This document shows positions 62,887-64,000 of a stretch of DNA of 64,000 nt, piece by piece. The stretch is from Spirochaetia bacterium. GTDB taxonomy: Bacteria; Spirochaetota; Spirochaetia; CADAEX01. Location: assembly GCA_963662265.2 (NCBI GenBank), contig CAXXHA010000003.1, positions 32,001 to 96,000 on the forward strand, written 5' to 3'. The first letter of the stretch is position 1. Each line of letters begins with the position of its first letter. The position numbers and the translations under genes are program-made. Under the pieces are notes generated by a model, which saw only the letters and a program-made list of their open reading frames with translations, ran no database searches and was not told the origin of the DNA.

Positions 62887-64000
62887 TTATCTGGCCTTAC
62901 AGATAAATCCGCCAGGAAAATTTCTTATTCTTAGAGGAACAGCGGATCCGGGACCGAAAACAGATTCAATCATTTCCCTGTATTCATCGAAGCCGGATGC
63001 CGGAATATATGCCTGAACAGTCCCTGCAAATCCTCCTCCGTGAATCCTGGCTGCTCCTTCTGCAGTTTTTATTCCGCATTCAATTTCCCGGCTGCTTTTC
63101 TTTTCCGCATTGGTATTGATGAAGTTTTCTGTCATCATCAGCGCGATTGAAGTTGCCTGGTCCTGGCAGGCGGAAACTGAGTATACATTCTGCAGATATT
63201 TGTAGGATGAATTTCCTGAGTCTTTCACTGTTTCAAGGTATTCAGAAATGCAGTCTGATTTCAGGGACTCTATCATTTTGTCGACTTTCCTGTTTTCATT
63301 GAAAAAGTGTGCTGCCCTTAAAACAGCTCTTCCTCCTGCATGTTTTCTGAGCCTATCTATGTTTTTATAAAAGTCATTTTCATCAACCTCTCTTAAAAAC
63401 TGCTTTCCGAAGTAAGCAGAAATGCTTCCCATTTCAGAAGTTATAGCGCTGTAATCCCCTGTGAGATCTGCATGGTCGCTGTCAGTCTTTACAACAGTTA
63501 GAATATAACCATGATCTGCAAAGCTGAAATTAACAGGATCTATAATTTCATTTCCTTCCTCTTTAAAATCAATGGAAATAATTCCGCCGAATCCGCATGC
63601 AGTCTGGTCCATTAAACCTGAGGGTTTGTTGAAATATTCATTTTCCGCATACTTGCTCATCCGTGCGCAGTCAGGAATTGATACAGAATTATTGTTGTAG
63701 AAATAATTGAAAATATAGGCAATAAGCATTTCTATGGATGCAGAAGAACTTAAACCAGATCCGGGAGGAACATCGGAAGAGACAACAGCATTGAATCCCC
63801 CTGTTTCAAGCCCCCTGTTTCTGAAAGCTGCTGCAAGCCCTCTTACCAGCGCTTCTGTTTTTCCCTCTTCCTCCCTGTTTTTTTCGATGCTGCTGATATC
63901 AATTGAAAGGGGAGGATAGCCTTCTGAGAAAATTGAAACAACGCTGTTTCCGCTTCTTGATGCTGCTGCAATTGTATCAAGGTTTACTGCTGCCGCAAGA
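62887..64000 (-). CDS. galK: Galactokinase-like GHMP kinase (5' partial; frameshift near 63730)
   Basis: PPGSGLSSSAS, AENEYF.KPSGLMDQ, RAAHF..EN, ARIHGGGFAGT. Confidence 0.85.
   Translation of the reverse strand, partial: LAAAVNLDTIAAASRSGNSVVSIFSEGYPPLSIDISSIEKNREEEGKTEALVRGLAAAFRNRGLETGGFNAVVSSDVPPGSGLSSSASIEMLIAYIFNYFYNNNSVSIPDCARMSKYAENEYFNKPSGLMDQTACGFGGIISIDFKEEGNEIIDPVNFSFADHGYILTVVKTDSDHADLTGDYSAITSEMGSISAYFGKQFLREVDENDFYKNIDRLRKHAGGRAVLRAAHFFNENRKVDKMIESLKSDCISEYLETVKDSGNSSYKYLQNVYSVSACQDQATSIALMMTENFINTNAEKKSSREIECGIKTAEGAARIHGGGFAGTVQAYIPASGFDEYREMIESVFGPGSAVPLRIRNFPGGFICKAR

Overview
A 64 kb AT-rich chromosomal window from an anaerobic bacterium, most likely Spirochaetota; this assignment is inferred from protein style (e.g. 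'AGG.E' exported-protein N-termini, MCP type) and is not proven. I see no rRNA, tRNA, CRISPR array, IS element or prophage. Many genes are split by single-base indels, often at homopolymers, which is best explained by long-read consensus errors, so I report them as single genes. Content in order: [NiFe]-hydrogenase maturases hypD/E/A/B; a NitT/TauT-type ABC transporter; a GNAT-histidine kinase fusion; MarR and DtxR regulators sharing a palindromic operator; an MCP; a Thermotoga-like [FeFe] maturase operon (TM1266-like, hydG, small ORF, hydE) behind a long structured leader; msrC; a MATE pump; two PAS kinases, a response regulator and FapA; DUF1576; a five-gene Ser/Thr kinase-metallophosphoesterase-FHA-vWA operon; a nitroreductase; oppABCDF; a GGDEF protein; a CDF transporter; pfpI; argO/argP; surE; mscS; a sigma54-driven peroxiredoxin with a divergent NorR-like activator; FecR and DUF2202 proteins; serC/serA; a YesM/YesN-like pair with a TAXI-TRAP transporter; an orphan solute-binding protein; and a GHMP (galactokinase-like) kinase. 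The best candidate for an undescribed system is 24720-31485. The kinase operon there is headed by an uncharacterised ~175-aa domain, and a clear paralogue of that domain is transcribed divergently as a fusion to an HU/IHF-like DNA-binding domain.
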